A stretch of DNA of 32,000 nt from Candidatus Saccharimonadota bacterium. Lineage in GTDB: Bacteria > Bacteroidota > Bacteroidia > Flavobacteriales > Blattabacteriaceae. Both the position numbers and the translations under genes were made by a program. The stretch covers positions 150,001-182,000 of the forward strand of contig NZ_CP093908.1 in assembly GCF_024818015.1 (NCBI RefSeq), read 5' to 3'. This document shows, one piece after another, positions 11,454 through 21,087 of this stretch. How positions within the stretch are numbered: position 1 is the stretch's first letter; the number at the start of each line of letters is the position of its first letter. Under the pieces are notes generated by a model. That model was not told the origin of the DNA. It was given only the letters and a program-made list of their open reading frames with translations, and did not search any database.

Positions 11454-12193
11454 TGTTAAAAATTAAGAATTTATATGTTTCAGTAAAAAAAAAACAAATA
11501 TTAAAAGGTGTTAATCTAACAATTAATAAAGGAGAGATTCATGTAATAATGGGACCTAATGGATCTGGTAAAAGTACATTAGCTTCTATAATAGCTGGTA
11601 AAAAGGATTATACAATAAATAAAGGGAATCTTATATTTGAAAATATAAATTTAAATTTTTTTCCTCCAGAAGAAAGAGCGCATTTAGGGATTTTTCTATC
11701 TTTTCAAGATCCAATAGAAATACCCGGTATATCAATACTTAATTTTATAAGAATTTCTATAAATTCTATAAGGAAAGCGAATGGAAAAAAAGAATTATCT
11801 TATAATGAATTTTTTAAAAAAGTAAAAATGGTATCTGATTTATTGAAAATCAATAGAACTTTTCTTTCAAGATATTTAAATGAAGGATTTTCCGGGGGGG
11901 AAAAAAAACGTAATGAAATATTTCAAATGTGTATGATTAATCCCAAATTATCTATATTAGATGAAATTGATTCTGGCTTGGATATAGATGCTATTCGTAC
12001 TATTTCTAGAGGAATTCATCAATTTAAAAAAACAAATAATTCTATATTAATAATTACTCATTATCAAAGATTGTTAAATTATATAGTTCCTGATTATGTA
12101 CATATTTTCTATAAAGGGAAATTAGTTAAATCTGGCAATAAAGAATTAGCTATAAAAATTGAATCAGAAGGTTATGATTGGATAAAAAATTAA
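11453..12193 (+). CDS. sufC: Fe-S cluster assembly ATPase SufC
   Basis: Walker A GPNGSGKST, ABC signature FSGGEKKR, Walker B LSILDEIDSGLD. The start overlaps the sufB stop as TAATG. Confidence 0.93.
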   Translation: MLKIKNLYVSVKKKQILKGVNLTINKGEIHVIMGPNGSGKSTLASIIAGKKDYTINKGNLIFENINLNFFPPEERAHLGIFLSFQDPIEIPGISILNFIRISINSIRKANGKKELSYNEFFKKVKMVSDLLKINRTFLSRYLNEGFSGGEKKRNEIFQMCMINPKLSILDEIDSGLDIDAIRTISRGIHQFKKTNNSILIITHYQRLLNYIVPDYVHIFYKGKLVKSGNKELAIKIESEGYDWIKN

Positions 12194-12197
12194 TTAA

Positions 12198-13496
12198 ATG
12201 AATTTTAACAAAAAAATTTATTCTAAATCTAGATTAGAAATTAATAATAATATTAATTATTATATAAATCTTATTCGTACTAAATCAATCAAACTTTTAA
12301 ATAAAAAGTTTTCATTAACAGATATTAAATTAATTTATTCTGAATATTTATTTCCTGTTAAAGAAGCAGAATCTATATATTATGATATAATCAATAAATA
12401 TATTTTAGATAAAAATGGAATGTATTTATTTTTTATAAATGGTTTTTATCTTTTAAATTTTTTTAAAAAAAAGAAAAAATATTTATTATCAATAAATGAT
12501 ATTATCACCAATAATAAAAATTATTGTTATTCAAATATTGAAAAATTTTATGGTAAATCCATATACAATAATGATACTTTAAATTTATTTAATTTCTTCT
12601 TTTCAAAAGATGGCGCCTACATCTTTATACCAGATAATTTTTGTTTTAAACCCAATATATATATTATATATATATATAATCTTAATTATGATTATTCAAT
12701 CATAAATCCTAGAAATTTAATAATTATAGGAAATAATTCTAAAGCTAAAATTGTAGAAATACATGAATCATTAACAAATAAAATTTGTTTTAGTAATTCA
12801 GTTACTGAAATCTATTCTAGAAAAAATAGTAATATAGATTATATTAAAATTCACAATAATTTATCTTTTTTCTATTTAAGAGATAAAACTTTTTTGACAC
12901 AAAAAAAAAATAGTACTTGTAGTGTCAGTACTTTTTCATTTGAAGGAAGATTATTAATTAATAATATTAAATTAATTAATTTAGGAAATTATTCAAAATT
13001 TAATTTAAATGGACTTACAATCATAAGAAAAAAATTATTAAATCAATTAATTTATAATAAAACATTAATAGATCATTTATATCCTAATTGTGAAAGTTAT
13101 CAAACTTATAAATCAATTTTATATGGAAGATCAAAAGTATTTTTTTGGGGTAAAATTAAAATTTCGAAAAAAGCAAATAATATAAATGCTTTACAAAAAG
13201 CTAATAATATTTTAATTAATAAAAATGCATTTGTTTATACAAAACCTGAATTAGAAATTTATACAGATAATGTTAAATGTTCACATGGATGTACTATAGG
13301 AAAAATAGATAAAAATAAGATTTTTTATCTCTGCTCTAGAGGAGTTATAAAAACTGTCGCAAAATCAATACTTATCTTTCTTTTTTCTAAAGAGATACTA
13401 AAAAAAATTAATATACAGAATATAAAAGATTTAATAATAAAAATTATAATAAAGAATTTGGATAATTATTATTTACAAAAATGTTATGTTAGCTAA
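12198..13496 (+). CDS. sufD: Fe-S cluster assembly protein SufD (divergent)
   Basis: The C-terminal PELEIYTDNVKCSHGCTIGKIDKNKIFYLCSRGV matches the SufB/SufD family core. The position between sufC and sufS also fits. Confidence 0.8.
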   Translation: MNFNKKIYSKSRLEINNNINYYINLIRTKSIKLLNKKFSLTDIKLIYSEYLFPVKEAESIYYDIINKYILDKNGMYLFFINGFYLLNFFKKKKKYLLSINDIITNNKNYCYSNIEKFYGKSIYNNDTLNLFNFFFSKDGAYIFIPDNFCFKPNIYIIYIYNLNYDYSIINPRNLIIIGNNSKAKIVEIHESLTNKICFSNSVTEIYSRKNSNIDYIKIHNNLSFFYLRDKTFLTQKKNSTCSVSTFSFEGRLLINNIKLINLGNYSKFNLNGLTIIRKKLLNQLIYNKTLIDHLYPNCESYQTYKSILYGRSKVFFWGKIKISKKANNINALQKANNILINKNAFVYTKPELEIYTDNVKCSHGCTIGKIDKNKIFYLCSRGVIKTVAKSILIFLFSKEILKKINIQNIKDLIIKIIIKNLDNYYLQKCYVS

Positions 13497-14727
13497 AATA
13501 GAGATAAAAAATCTAAGGAAAAAATTTGCTATTTTTAATTCTCTTCTTAAAAAAAAGAAATTAGTTTATTTAGATAATGCAGCCACTACTCAAAAACCTA
13601 ATAAAGTAATAAATTCAATAAAAGAATATTATTCAAATATAAATTCTAATGTTCATAGAGGAGCTTATTATTTAAGTAATAAAGCTACTGAAAAATTGGA
13701 ATATAGTAGAGTCAAAATTCAAAATTTGATAAATGCTAAATATTCACATGAAATTATTTTTACAAGTGGGGCAACAGAAAGTATTAATTTAATAGCTAAT
13801 AGTATTTCTTCTTTAATAAAACAAAAAGATGAAATTCTAATTCCATATTCTGAACATCATTCTAATATAATCCCATGGCAAATTCTTTGTAAGAAAAAAA
13901 AAGCATTATTAAAAATAATCCCCATAGATTATAATGGAAATCTAAAATTAGATTATTTTAAATCTATTATTTCAAATAAAACGAAATTAATCTCTTTAAG
14001 TCATGTATCTAATGCGTTAGGAGTTATTAACCCAATTAATGATATTATTGATGAAGCTAAAAAATATAATACGTTAGTATTAATAGATGGTTCACAAGCT
14101 ATATCTCATATTCCAATAAATATACAAAAAATTAATCCTGATTTTTATGTATTTTCAATACATAAAATGTATGGCTCTACTGGAATAGGAGTTCTTTATG
14201 GAAAAGAGTATATTTTAAATCTAATACCACCATATAAATATGGTGGTGAAATGATAGATAAAGTTTCATTTGAAGAAACAACATATTCAAATTTACCATT
14301 TAAATTTGAAGCTGGAACTAAAAATATAGGAGGAATTATATCTACAATTGATGCAATAGCATTTATAGAAAAATATAATATTAAAAATATTAAAACTTAT
14401 GAAGAGAAAATTATGAATTATGCAATAAAGTTATTTACTTCTATAAAAGGAATTAAAATTTATGGAGAAGAAAAAAACCGTTCTAGTATTATATCATTTA
14501 ATATAAAAAAAATACATCCATTTGATGTAGGGAAAATATTAGATAATTTTGGTGTAGCAGTAAGAACTGGAAATCATTGTGCACAACCTATAATGGATTT
14601 TTTTTCTATTCCTGGAACTATAAGAATAAGTTTCGCTATATATAATACATTTGAGGAAATAGATTATTTATATAAAATAATAAGAAAAATAATAAAGTTA
14701 ATTGATGGGGAATACGTTAAATTTTAA
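13486..14727 (+). CDS. sufS: Cysteine desulfurase SufS (class V aminotransferase)
   Basis: YLDNAATTQKP, HRGAYYLS, the PLP-lysine motif SIHKMYG, and the active-site Cys in RTGNHCAQP. Confidence 0.9.
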   Translation: MLAKIEIKNLRKKFAIFNSLLKKKKLVYLDNAATTQKPNKVINSIKEYYSNINSNVHRGAYYLSNKATEKLEYSRVKIQNLINAKYSHEIIFTSGATESINLIANSISSLIKQKDEILIPYSEHHSNIIPWQILCKKKKALLKIIPIDYNGNLKLDYFKSIISNKTKLISLSHVSNALGVINPINDIIDEAKKYNTLVLIDGSQAISHIPINIQKINPDFYVFSIHKMYGSTGIGVLYGKEYILNLIPPYKYGGEMIDKVSFEETTYSNLPFKFEAGTKNIGGIISTIDAIAFIEKYNIKNIKTYEEKIMNYAIKLFTSIKGIKIYGEEKNRSSIISFNIKKIHPFDVGKILDNFGVAVRTGNHCAQPIMDFFSIPGTIRISFAIYNTFEEIDYLYKIIRKIIKLIDGEYVKF

Positions 14728-14762
14728 TATTATATTGAAATAGAAATATCAACATTATGAAT

Positions 14763-14776
14763 AAAAAAAAAAAAAA
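14763..14776 (+). repeat. A14 homopolymer between the only upstream ATG (14757) and the conserved infB reading frame
   Basis: Counted directly: atg aat followed by 14 A, then g. Confidence 0.95.
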
Positions 14777-14824
14777 GTTTTAGAAGAAAAAGATCTTAAA
14801 CCAAGATGTCCTGTTGTTACTATA

Positions 14825-16255
14825 ATGGGGCACGTAGATCATGGAAAAACCTCTTTATTAGATTATATAAGAAAAACTAATGTTATAGCTGGAGAATGTG
14901 GAGGGATTACACAACATATTGGAGCATATAATGTTAAATTTAAAAAAGGGAATAGTATTACTTTTTTAGATACCCCTGGTCATGAAGCATTTACTTCCAT
15001 GAGAGCTAGAGGAACTAAAATAACAGATATAGTAGTTGTAGTAATAGCTACAGATGATGATGTAATGCCTCAAACTAAAGAAGCTATTAGCCATGCACAA
15101 TTAGCTGGTGTCCCTATAATATTTGCATTAAATAAAATTGATAAAATTAATTCAAACCCGGATAAAATACGAAGACAATTATCTGATATGAATTTGTTAT
15201 TAGAAGAATGGGGAGGAAAATATAAATCTCAAGAGATATCTGCTAAACTTGGAAAAGGAATAGAGAAATTATTAGAAAAAATTTTATTAGAAGCAGAAAT
15301 TTTAAATTTAAAAGCGAATACTAATAAACCTGCAGCGGGAACAGTAATAGAAGCTTTTTTAGATAAAGGGCGAGGGTATTGTACAACAATCCTTATCCAA
15401 GAAGGAACATTAAAGTTAGGAGATTATGTAGTAGCGGGTACTTTTCATGGAAAAATAAAAGTTATTTTAGATGATATAGGAAATAATATTAAAAAAGTAT
15501 TACCATCAAAACCAGGCAAAATTTTAGGATTAAATGGAGCTCCGACTTCTGGTGAAAGATTTCAAGTTTTTAAAAATGAAAAAGAAGCTAAACAATTAGC
15601 TTCAATAAGGAGTAATTTAAAAAAAGAACAGAATCTACGTTCTCGTATTACATTAGAGGGAAGAGGAGATTTTAAAGAATTAAAATTAATAATTAAAGGA
15701 GATATGGATGGATCGGTAGAAGCTATAACAGATTCATTAGAAAAATTATCGACAGATAGTAGAATAATTAATATTATATATAAAAACATTGGTCTGATAA
15801 CAGAATCTGATGTTTTATTAGCAAAAGCGTCTAATGCAATTATTGTTGGGTTTAATGTTAAATGCACATTAAAGGCTAAAATGATTGCCACTAAAAATAA
15901 CTTAGAAATAAGATTATATCATATAATATATGATATAATCAATGACTTTAAAAAATCATTATATGGAATAAAGGGGAAAACAGTTACTGTAATAGGAAAT
16001 GCTGAAATAATAAATTTCTTTAAAAGAAAGCAAATAGGAACTATTGCCGGATGTTTAATTAGAAATGGAAAAATAATACGTAATTCTAAGATACGTTTAA
16101 TTAGAGACGGAGTAGTTATTTATACTGGCGAGTTAAATTCTTTAAAAAGATTTCAAGATGATGTAAAAGAAGTAAATAAAGGATATGAATGTGGAATAAT
16201 TATTAAAGATTATAATGATTTTAAAATTGGAGATATAATTGAATGTTATCTTTAA
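14825..16255 (+). CDS. infB: Translation initiation factor IF-2, short form lacking the long N-terminal region
   Basis: G-domain motifs GHVDHGKT, DTPGHEAF and NKID, followed by domains II, C1 and C2. Coordinates start at the first in-frame ATG. The same frame is open from 14765 and encodes the conserved LKPRCPVVTI strand that normally precedes GHVDHGKT. See the finding on the start site. Confidence 0.85.
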   Translation: MGHVDHGKTSLLDYIRKTNVIAGECGGITQHIGAYNVKFKKGNSITFLDTPGHEAFTSMRARGTKITDIVVVVIATDDDVMPQTKEAISHAQLAGVPIIFALNKIDKINSNPDKIRRQLSDMNLLLEEWGGKYKSQEISAKLGKGIEKLLEKILLEAEILNLKANTNKPAAGTVIEAFLDKGRGYCTTILIQEGTLKLGDYVVAGTFHGKIKVILDDIGNNIKKVLPSKPGKILGLNGAPTSGERFQVFKNEKEAKQLASIRSNLKKEQNLRSRITLEGRGDFKELKLIIKGDMDGSVEAITDSLEKLSTDSRIINIIYKNIGLITESDVLLAKASNAIIVGFNVKCTLKAKMIATKNNLEIRLYHIIYDIINDFKKSLYGIKGKTVTVIGNAEIINFFKRKQIGTIAGCLIRNGKIIRNSKIRLIRDGVVIYTGELNSLKRFQDDVKEVNKGYECGIIIKDYNDFKIGDIIECYL

Positions 16256-17316
16256 ATCTTATTTATAATTTGATTTTGTATATTTATTGATTCTTTATGA
16301 ATTTCTTGAAAGATATTTTCTAGAAATTTTTCTGATAAACATAATTTCTGTCCTAAGGTTTGATATTCTTCTATTAAAGATTTCCATCTTTTAGGTTGAA
16401 AAACTAATAAATTGTTTATTTTTTTTATTATTGCTACTTTTTCAGATGATTCCATTCTCTCAGATAATAAATATATTAAATTTTGATCTAATTCAGATAT
16501 AAGAACTCTTATATGTTCTAATTCCATTTCAGTTTTAGAATTTGTTTTTTTAAAAAAATCGTTTTTTAAAAATTCTACAAATTGTTCCGGTCTTATTTGT
16601 TGTTGAGAATCACTTAATGCTTTATCAGGATTACAATGTGTTTCTACTATTAATCCTTCATATTTAAAACTCATTGCTTGTTTAATTACTTCAAATAAAC
16701 ATTCTCTATTTCCACTAATATGGGATGGATCACATAACATAGGTATATTTGGATATAATTTTTTAAATTTTAATGCTAATCCCCAATTAGGAGTATTACG
16801 ATATTTTCTACTTTTATAAGTAGAAAAACCACGATGTATAACTCCTATCTTTTTAATTCCTTGATTCATTAATCTTTCTAAAGCTCCAATCCATAAATCA
16901 AGATCAGGATTGATAGGATTTTTAACTAAAATTATTTTAGTTGTATTTTTTAATGCTTCTGATATTTCTTGTACAGTAAATGGATTAACTGTACTTCTAG
17001 CTCCTATCCAGATTATATCTATATCATATTTTAATGCTAGTTCTACATGAGTCGAATTAGCAACTTCTGTTGCTGTTAAAAAACCTGTTTCTTTTTTTAC
17101 TTTATTTAGCCATTTTAAGCCAATCTGGCCTATACCTTCAAAACAATTTGGTCTAGTTCTTGGTTTCCATATTCCTGCTCTAAAAACTTGTATATAATTT
17201 TTATCTAATTTTTTAGCTGTTTCTAGTACTTGATTTTCAGTTTCTGCACTACATGGACCTGATATAATCAGAGGCTTCTTAAAGCTATTTATCCAATTTT
17301 GTTCTATATTTTTCAT
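16252..17316 (-). CDS. aroG: Bifunctional 3-deoxy-7-phosphoheptulonate (DAHP) synthase / chorismate mutase type II
   Basis: Type I-beta DAHPS/KDO8PS-like core (GPCSAE, WKPRTRP, CDPSH) with a C-terminal chorismate-mutase-like helical domain (LEHIRVLISELDQNLIYLLSERM). Confidence 0.85.
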   Translation of the reverse strand: MKNIEQNWINSFKKPLIISGPCSAETENQVLETAKKLDKNYIQVFRAGIWKPRTRPNCFEGIGQIGLKWLNKVKKETGFLTATEVANSTHVELALKYDIDIIWIGARSTVNPFTVQEISEALKNTTKIILVKNPINPDLDLWIGALERLMNQGIKKIGVIHRGFSTYKSRKYRNTPNWGLALKFKKLYPNIPMLCDPSHISGNRECLFEVIKQAMSFKYEGLIVETHCNPDKALSDSQQQIRPEQFVEFLKNDFFKKTNSKTEMELEHIRVLISELDQNLIYLLSERMESSEKVAIIKKINNLLVFQPKRWKSLIEEYQTLGQKLCLSEKFLENIFQEIHKESINIQNQIINKI

Positions 17317-18138
17317 TTAATATTCTCCTATTACGTAAAAATAATTATTTATTTTATTTATTTCTTTTTTCATAAAAAAATAATTCTTCTTTTTAAGAAA
17401 TTTTATATCTATAAAAAATAGATATTCCCATGGTTTTTTTTTAATTGGAAAAGTTTGAATACTTGTAATATTTATATCATAATATGATATTATGTTTAAT
17501 ATTTTAGATAATTCTCCTATTAGATTTTTTAATCTAAAATAGAAAGACGCTTTCTCAAAAAGAGAAATTTTTTTATATTTCTGATTATTATTTATAATAA
17601 TAAACCTTGTAAAATTGTTATTAACAGTTTGTATATTTTTATCTACAATTTTTAAATTATACGCCGTAGCAGCTTCTTCAGAAGCTATAGCTCCTATATA
17701 ATAATTTTTATTTTTAAATATAAAATAAGCGGCTTCTGCTGTATCTACCGATTCAGATATTTTTATATTTCTATATTTAGAAATATAATTTTTACATTGT
17801 AATATAGCCATAGGATGGGATATGATTTTTTTAATATTTTTAATATTACTATTTTTAGTTTTTAGAATTAAAAAATTATGATTAATAGGTAAATATATTT
17901 CTCTACTTATTTTAAGATTATATAATTTTATTAAAAAAAAATTATATATTAACACACCTGCAATAGAATTTTCTATTGCTAGTACTCCTATATCTGCTGT
18001 AAATTTTGAAACAAAATGTGTTAATTCATTAAATGTTTTACATTCGATAAGATCATAATCTATTTTAGAGAAAAGTTTTTTAGTAGCAATTTCATGGAAA
18101 CAACCTTTTATACCTTGAATCGCAATTTTTTTTTTCAT
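17317..18138 (-). CDS. pheA: Prephenate dehydratase
   Basis: 273 aa. IAIQGIKGCFHEIA at the N-terminus, the conserved TRF motif (NNFTRFIII), and a C-terminal ACT-like region. Confidence 0.85.
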   Translation of the reverse strand: MKKKIAIQGIKGCFHEIATKKLFSKIDYDLIECKTFNELTHFVSKFTADIGVLAIENSIAGVLIYNFFLIKLYNLKISREIYLPINHNFLILKTKNSNIKNIKKIISHPMAILQCKNYISKYRNIKISESVDTAEAAYFIFKNKNYYIGAIASEEAATAYNLKIVDKNIQTVNNNFTRFIIINNNQKYKKISLFEKASFYFRLKNLIGELSKILNIISYYDINITSIQTFPIKKKPWEYLFFIDIKFLKKKNYFFMKKEINKINNYFYVIGEY

Positions 18139-18141
18139 GTT

Positions 18142-19134
18142 TTACTTTACAAACTTATTATGAATTAAATATTCTAATATTTGAACTGCATTTGTAGCAG
18201 ATCCTTTACGTAAATTATCAGAAACTATCCACATGTTTAGAGATTTGGTTTTAGACATATCTCTTCTAATCCTTCCAACAAATACATTATCGTTTCCTTC
18301 ACAAAGAATGGGCATAGGATATATATTATTTTTTAGATTATCCATTAATATTAATCCATTGGTATTTGATAATAGATTCCGTAAATCATTTATATCAAAA
18401 TCATTTTTAAATGTTAAATTAACACTTTCAGAATGACCACCTACTACAGGTATACGTACAGACGTAGCGGTAATTCTTATATTTTTATCATTAAAAATTT
18501 TTTTTGTTTCATTTATTAATTTTAATTCTTCTTTAGAATAACCATATCTATCAAATATCTCACAATGAGGAATAGCATTTCTATTTATTTTAAAACAATA
18601 ATTTTTTTTAAAATTTATAAAATTTTCCTCATTTATTAGTTGATCTAATCCTTTTTTTCCTGATCCTGTAACAGATTGATAAGTAGATATTACTATACGT
18701 TTTATTTGATATTTTTTAGATAATGGGTGTAAAACTATAACTAATTGTATTGTAGAACAATTAGGATTGGCAATTATCTTATCTTTTTTTTTTATAATAT
18801 TTCCATTTATTTCAGGTACTATAAGTTTTTTATATTTATCCATCCGCCAGGCAGAGGAATTATCTATTAATATAGTTCCTCTATTTGTAAATTTTATAGC
18901 CCATTTTTTTGAAATTTCTGCACCAGCAGAAAAAATAGCTATATCAGGTTTTAAAGAAATTACTTCTTCTATACTTAGAATTTTATATTTTTTTTTTCTA
19001 AAAAACATTTTTTTTCCAATTGATTTATTAGAAGCTACAGGGTATAATTTATTTATATAAATATTTTTTTCTTCTAAAAGATTTAAAATAACACGTCCTA
19101 CCATTCCTGTTACTCCTACTATAGCTAAATTCAT
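18142..19134 (-). CDS. asd: Aspartate-semialdehyde dehydrogenase
   Basis: The NAD(P) motif AIVGVTGMVG, the active-site IANPNCSTIQ, and YQSVTGSGKKG. Confidence 0.9.
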   Translation of the reverse strand: MNLAIVGVTGMVGRVILNLLEEKNIYINKLYPVASNKSIGKKMFFRKKKYKILSIEEVISLKPDIAIFSAGAEISKKWAIKFTNRGTILIDNSSAWRMDKYKKLIVPEINGNIIKKKDKIIANPNCSTIQLVIVLHPLSKKYQIKRIVISTYQSVTGSGKKGLDQLINEENFINFKKNYCFKINRNAIPHCEIFDRYGYSKEELKLINETKKIFNDKNIRITATSVRIPVVGGHSESVNLTFKNDFDINDLRNLLSNTNGLILMDNLKNNIYPMPILCEGNDNVFVGRIRRDMSKTKSLNMWIVSDNLRKGSATNAVQILEYLIHNKFVK

Positions 19135-19139
19135 TTTTT

Positions 19140-19394
19140 CTAAGTGATAATGTTAATTAATTTTACTAATTTACTTTTAATTCTATTAGATTTATTTTTA
19201 TGAATAATTTTTTTTTTTACTAATTTATCTATCATAGATGATATCTTAGGAAAAGCATTTAAAACTTTTGTTTTTTTAGATTCTAATTTAAATTTCTTTA
19301 TTGCTGTTTTAGTAGATTTTAAAAAAAAATGATTTTGTAATCTTTTTAAATTGTTTTTACGTATTTGTTTTAAGGCGGATTTAGTATTTGCCAT
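19140..19394 (-). CDS. rpsT: 30S ribosomal protein S20
   Basis: MANTKSALKQIRKNNLKRLQN... is the typical S20 N-terminus. 84 aa, basic. Confidence 0.88.
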   Translation of the reverse strand: MANTKSALKQIRKNNLKRLQNHFFLKSTKTAIKKFKLESKKTKVLNAFPKISSMIDKLVKKKIIHKNKSNRIKSKLVKLINIIT

Positions 19395-19411
19395 ATTAAT
19401 TTATCATTAAG

Positions 19412-19483
19412 TAGCCTATAGGGGAATCGAACCCCTCTTTTCAGAATGAAAATCTGATGTCCTTACCAATAGACGAATAGGCC
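19412..19483 (-). tRNA. tRNA-Glu, anticodon UUC
   Basis: The reverse complement is GGCCTAT-TC-GTCT...GGAC-A-TCAGA-TTTTCAT-TCTGA-AAAG-AGGGG-TTCGATT-CCCCT-ATAGGCT-A, a clean 72-nt cloverleaf. Confidence 0.88.
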
Positions 19484-19484
19484 A

Positions 19485-20747
19485 TTATATATTGTTTTTT
19501 TTAAAAAAAAAACCGATAGATTTTAAATCAATCCAAAAATTAGGATAAGATTTAGATACTACGTTATAATTTAATATTGATATAGGATATCTAATCCCTA
19601 ATGTAGAAAATGACATTGCCATCCTATGATCATCATAAGTATAAATATAAATTTCCTTTTTTTGAGTTTCATTAAACTTAACTAATTCTATACTAGAATT
19701 AGTTATAATACTTTTTACCCCTAATTTAGATAATTCATTTTTTAATGCATTTAATCTATCTGTTTCTTTAATTTTTAGAGTTTCTAGTCCTCTTAAAATA
19801 CATTTAATTCTTAATCCAGTACAAGTTACGACTATAGTTTGTGCTATATCTGGAGTTGAATTCAAATCAATATCTATTGAATTCAAATCAATATCTATTG
19901 AATTCAAATCAATATCCATTATTTTTTTTAAATTAATTTCATTTTTCTGAAAAAAAGTTTTTACATTAAAAAAATCTTTATATATATTTGAGATTATACT
20001 ATCACCTTGAATATTTTTTTTATTAAAAAATTTTAAATTTAAATCAGCTTTTTTAGAAAGAGCTACTAAAGAATAATAATATGATGCTGAACTCCAATCA
20101 GATTCTATTATTCTTTTAATTTTTTTTTTAAATTTTTTATTTTGAATATAAATCATATTATGATTCCACAATACATTTATGCCCAGTTTTTTTAAAACGT
20201 TTAATGTCATATTAAGATAAGAGATAGAAGTAATTTTATTTGATAAATATATTTTTAATCCATTTTCAAATTTTGATGCTATTAACATAAGAGCACTTAT
20301 ATATTGACTACTTATAGTTGCATCTATATTAATTCCCCCCCCTAATAATTTATTACCCATTATTCTCAATGGAGGATATCCATTTTTTTTTTCATAAAAA
20401 ATCTTTCCTCCTAATTTTTTTAGAGTTTCTACTAAAATAGAAATAGGTCTTTCTTGCATTCTATATGATCCAGTTAATATAACTTCTCTATTTTCTTTTA
20501 TAGAAAAAAAGGCGGTTAAAAATCGCATAGCGGTTCCAGAATGTTTAATATTAATTAACTTTTTTTTAGAAAATAAAGCCTTTTTTAAGATTAAAGTATC
20601 GTCAGAATTTGAAATATTTTCTAACTCAATTATATCAGGATATAATGCTTTTAATATCAAAAATCTATTAGATTCACTTTTAGATCCAGTAATCTTAACA
20701 TTACCATTTATATAAAAATTATTTTTAGATATTTGAATATAATACAT
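19485..20747 (-). CDS. aroA: 3-phosphoshikimate 1-carboxyvinyltransferase (EPSP synthase)
   Basis: GSKSESNR(F)LILKAL, RMQERPI, TPDIAQT and KIKETDRLNAL motifs. It contains an internal 3x IDIDLNS repeat. Confidence 0.9.
   Translation of the reverse strand: MYYIQISKNNFYINGNVKITGSKSESNRFLILKALYPDIIELENISNSDDTLILKKALFSKKKLINIKHSGTAMRFLTAFFSIKENREVILTGSYRMQERPISILVETLKKLGGKIFYEKKNGYPPLRIMGNKLLGGGINIDATISSQYISALMLIASKFENGLKIYLSNKITSISYLNMTLNVLKKLGINVLWNHNMIYIQNKKFKKKIKRIIESDWSSASYYYSLVALSKKADLNLKFFNKKNIQGDSIISNIYKDFFNVKTFFQKNEINLKKIMDIDLNSIDIDLNSIDIDLNSTPDIAQTIVVTCTGLRIKCILRGLETLKIKETDRLNALKNELSKLGVKSIITNSSIELVKFNETQKKEIYIYTYDDHRMAMSFSTLGIRYPISILNYNVVSKSYPNFWIDLKSIGFFFKKNNI
19856..19918. repeat. 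21-bp tandem repeat x3 inside aroA
   Basis: The unit is ttgaattcaaatcaatatcta. Copies lie at 19856-19876, 19877-19897 and 19898-19918. There is one mismatch, at 19917. Read directly. The repeat is in frame and encodes IDIDLNS x3. Confidence 0.95.
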
Positions 20748-20751
20748 ATTT

Positions 20752-21066
20752 TTAATTTTTGCTTTGCTCTATCTCTGATTTTAAAATCTTTCCTTTTTTT
20801 ACCCCAGATAAAAGATATTTTTTATAATAAATTCCCTCTTTTAAAAGAAACGATTTTACAGTACATGTAGGTTGTGCTCCTTTAATTAACCAATTAACAG
20901 CTTTATCAACATTAATTGATATAGTATATGGATTAGTGTTAGGATTATAAAAACCAATTTTTTCTATAAATTTTCCATTTCTAGGAGAACGAGAGTTAGA
21001 AACTACAATAGTATAAAAAGCTTTTTTTTTTCTCCCTTTTCTTTGGAGCCGAATTTTTATTGACAT
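20752..21066 (-). CDS. rpsP: 30S ribosomal protein S16
   Basis: MSIKIRLQRKGRKKKAFYTIVVSNSRSPRNGKFIEKIGFYNP is the S16 signature. The start is taken at the internal ATG 21066, because the longer ORF runs through tRNA-Gln. Confidence 0.9.
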   Translation of the reverse strand: MSIKIRLQRKGRKKKAFYTIVVSNSRSPRNGKFIEKIGFYNPNTNPYTISINVDKAVNWLIKGAQPTCTVKSFLLKEGIYYKKYLLSGVKKGKILKSEIEQSKN

Positions 21067-21087
21067 ATTTTTATAAAAATTTATTTG

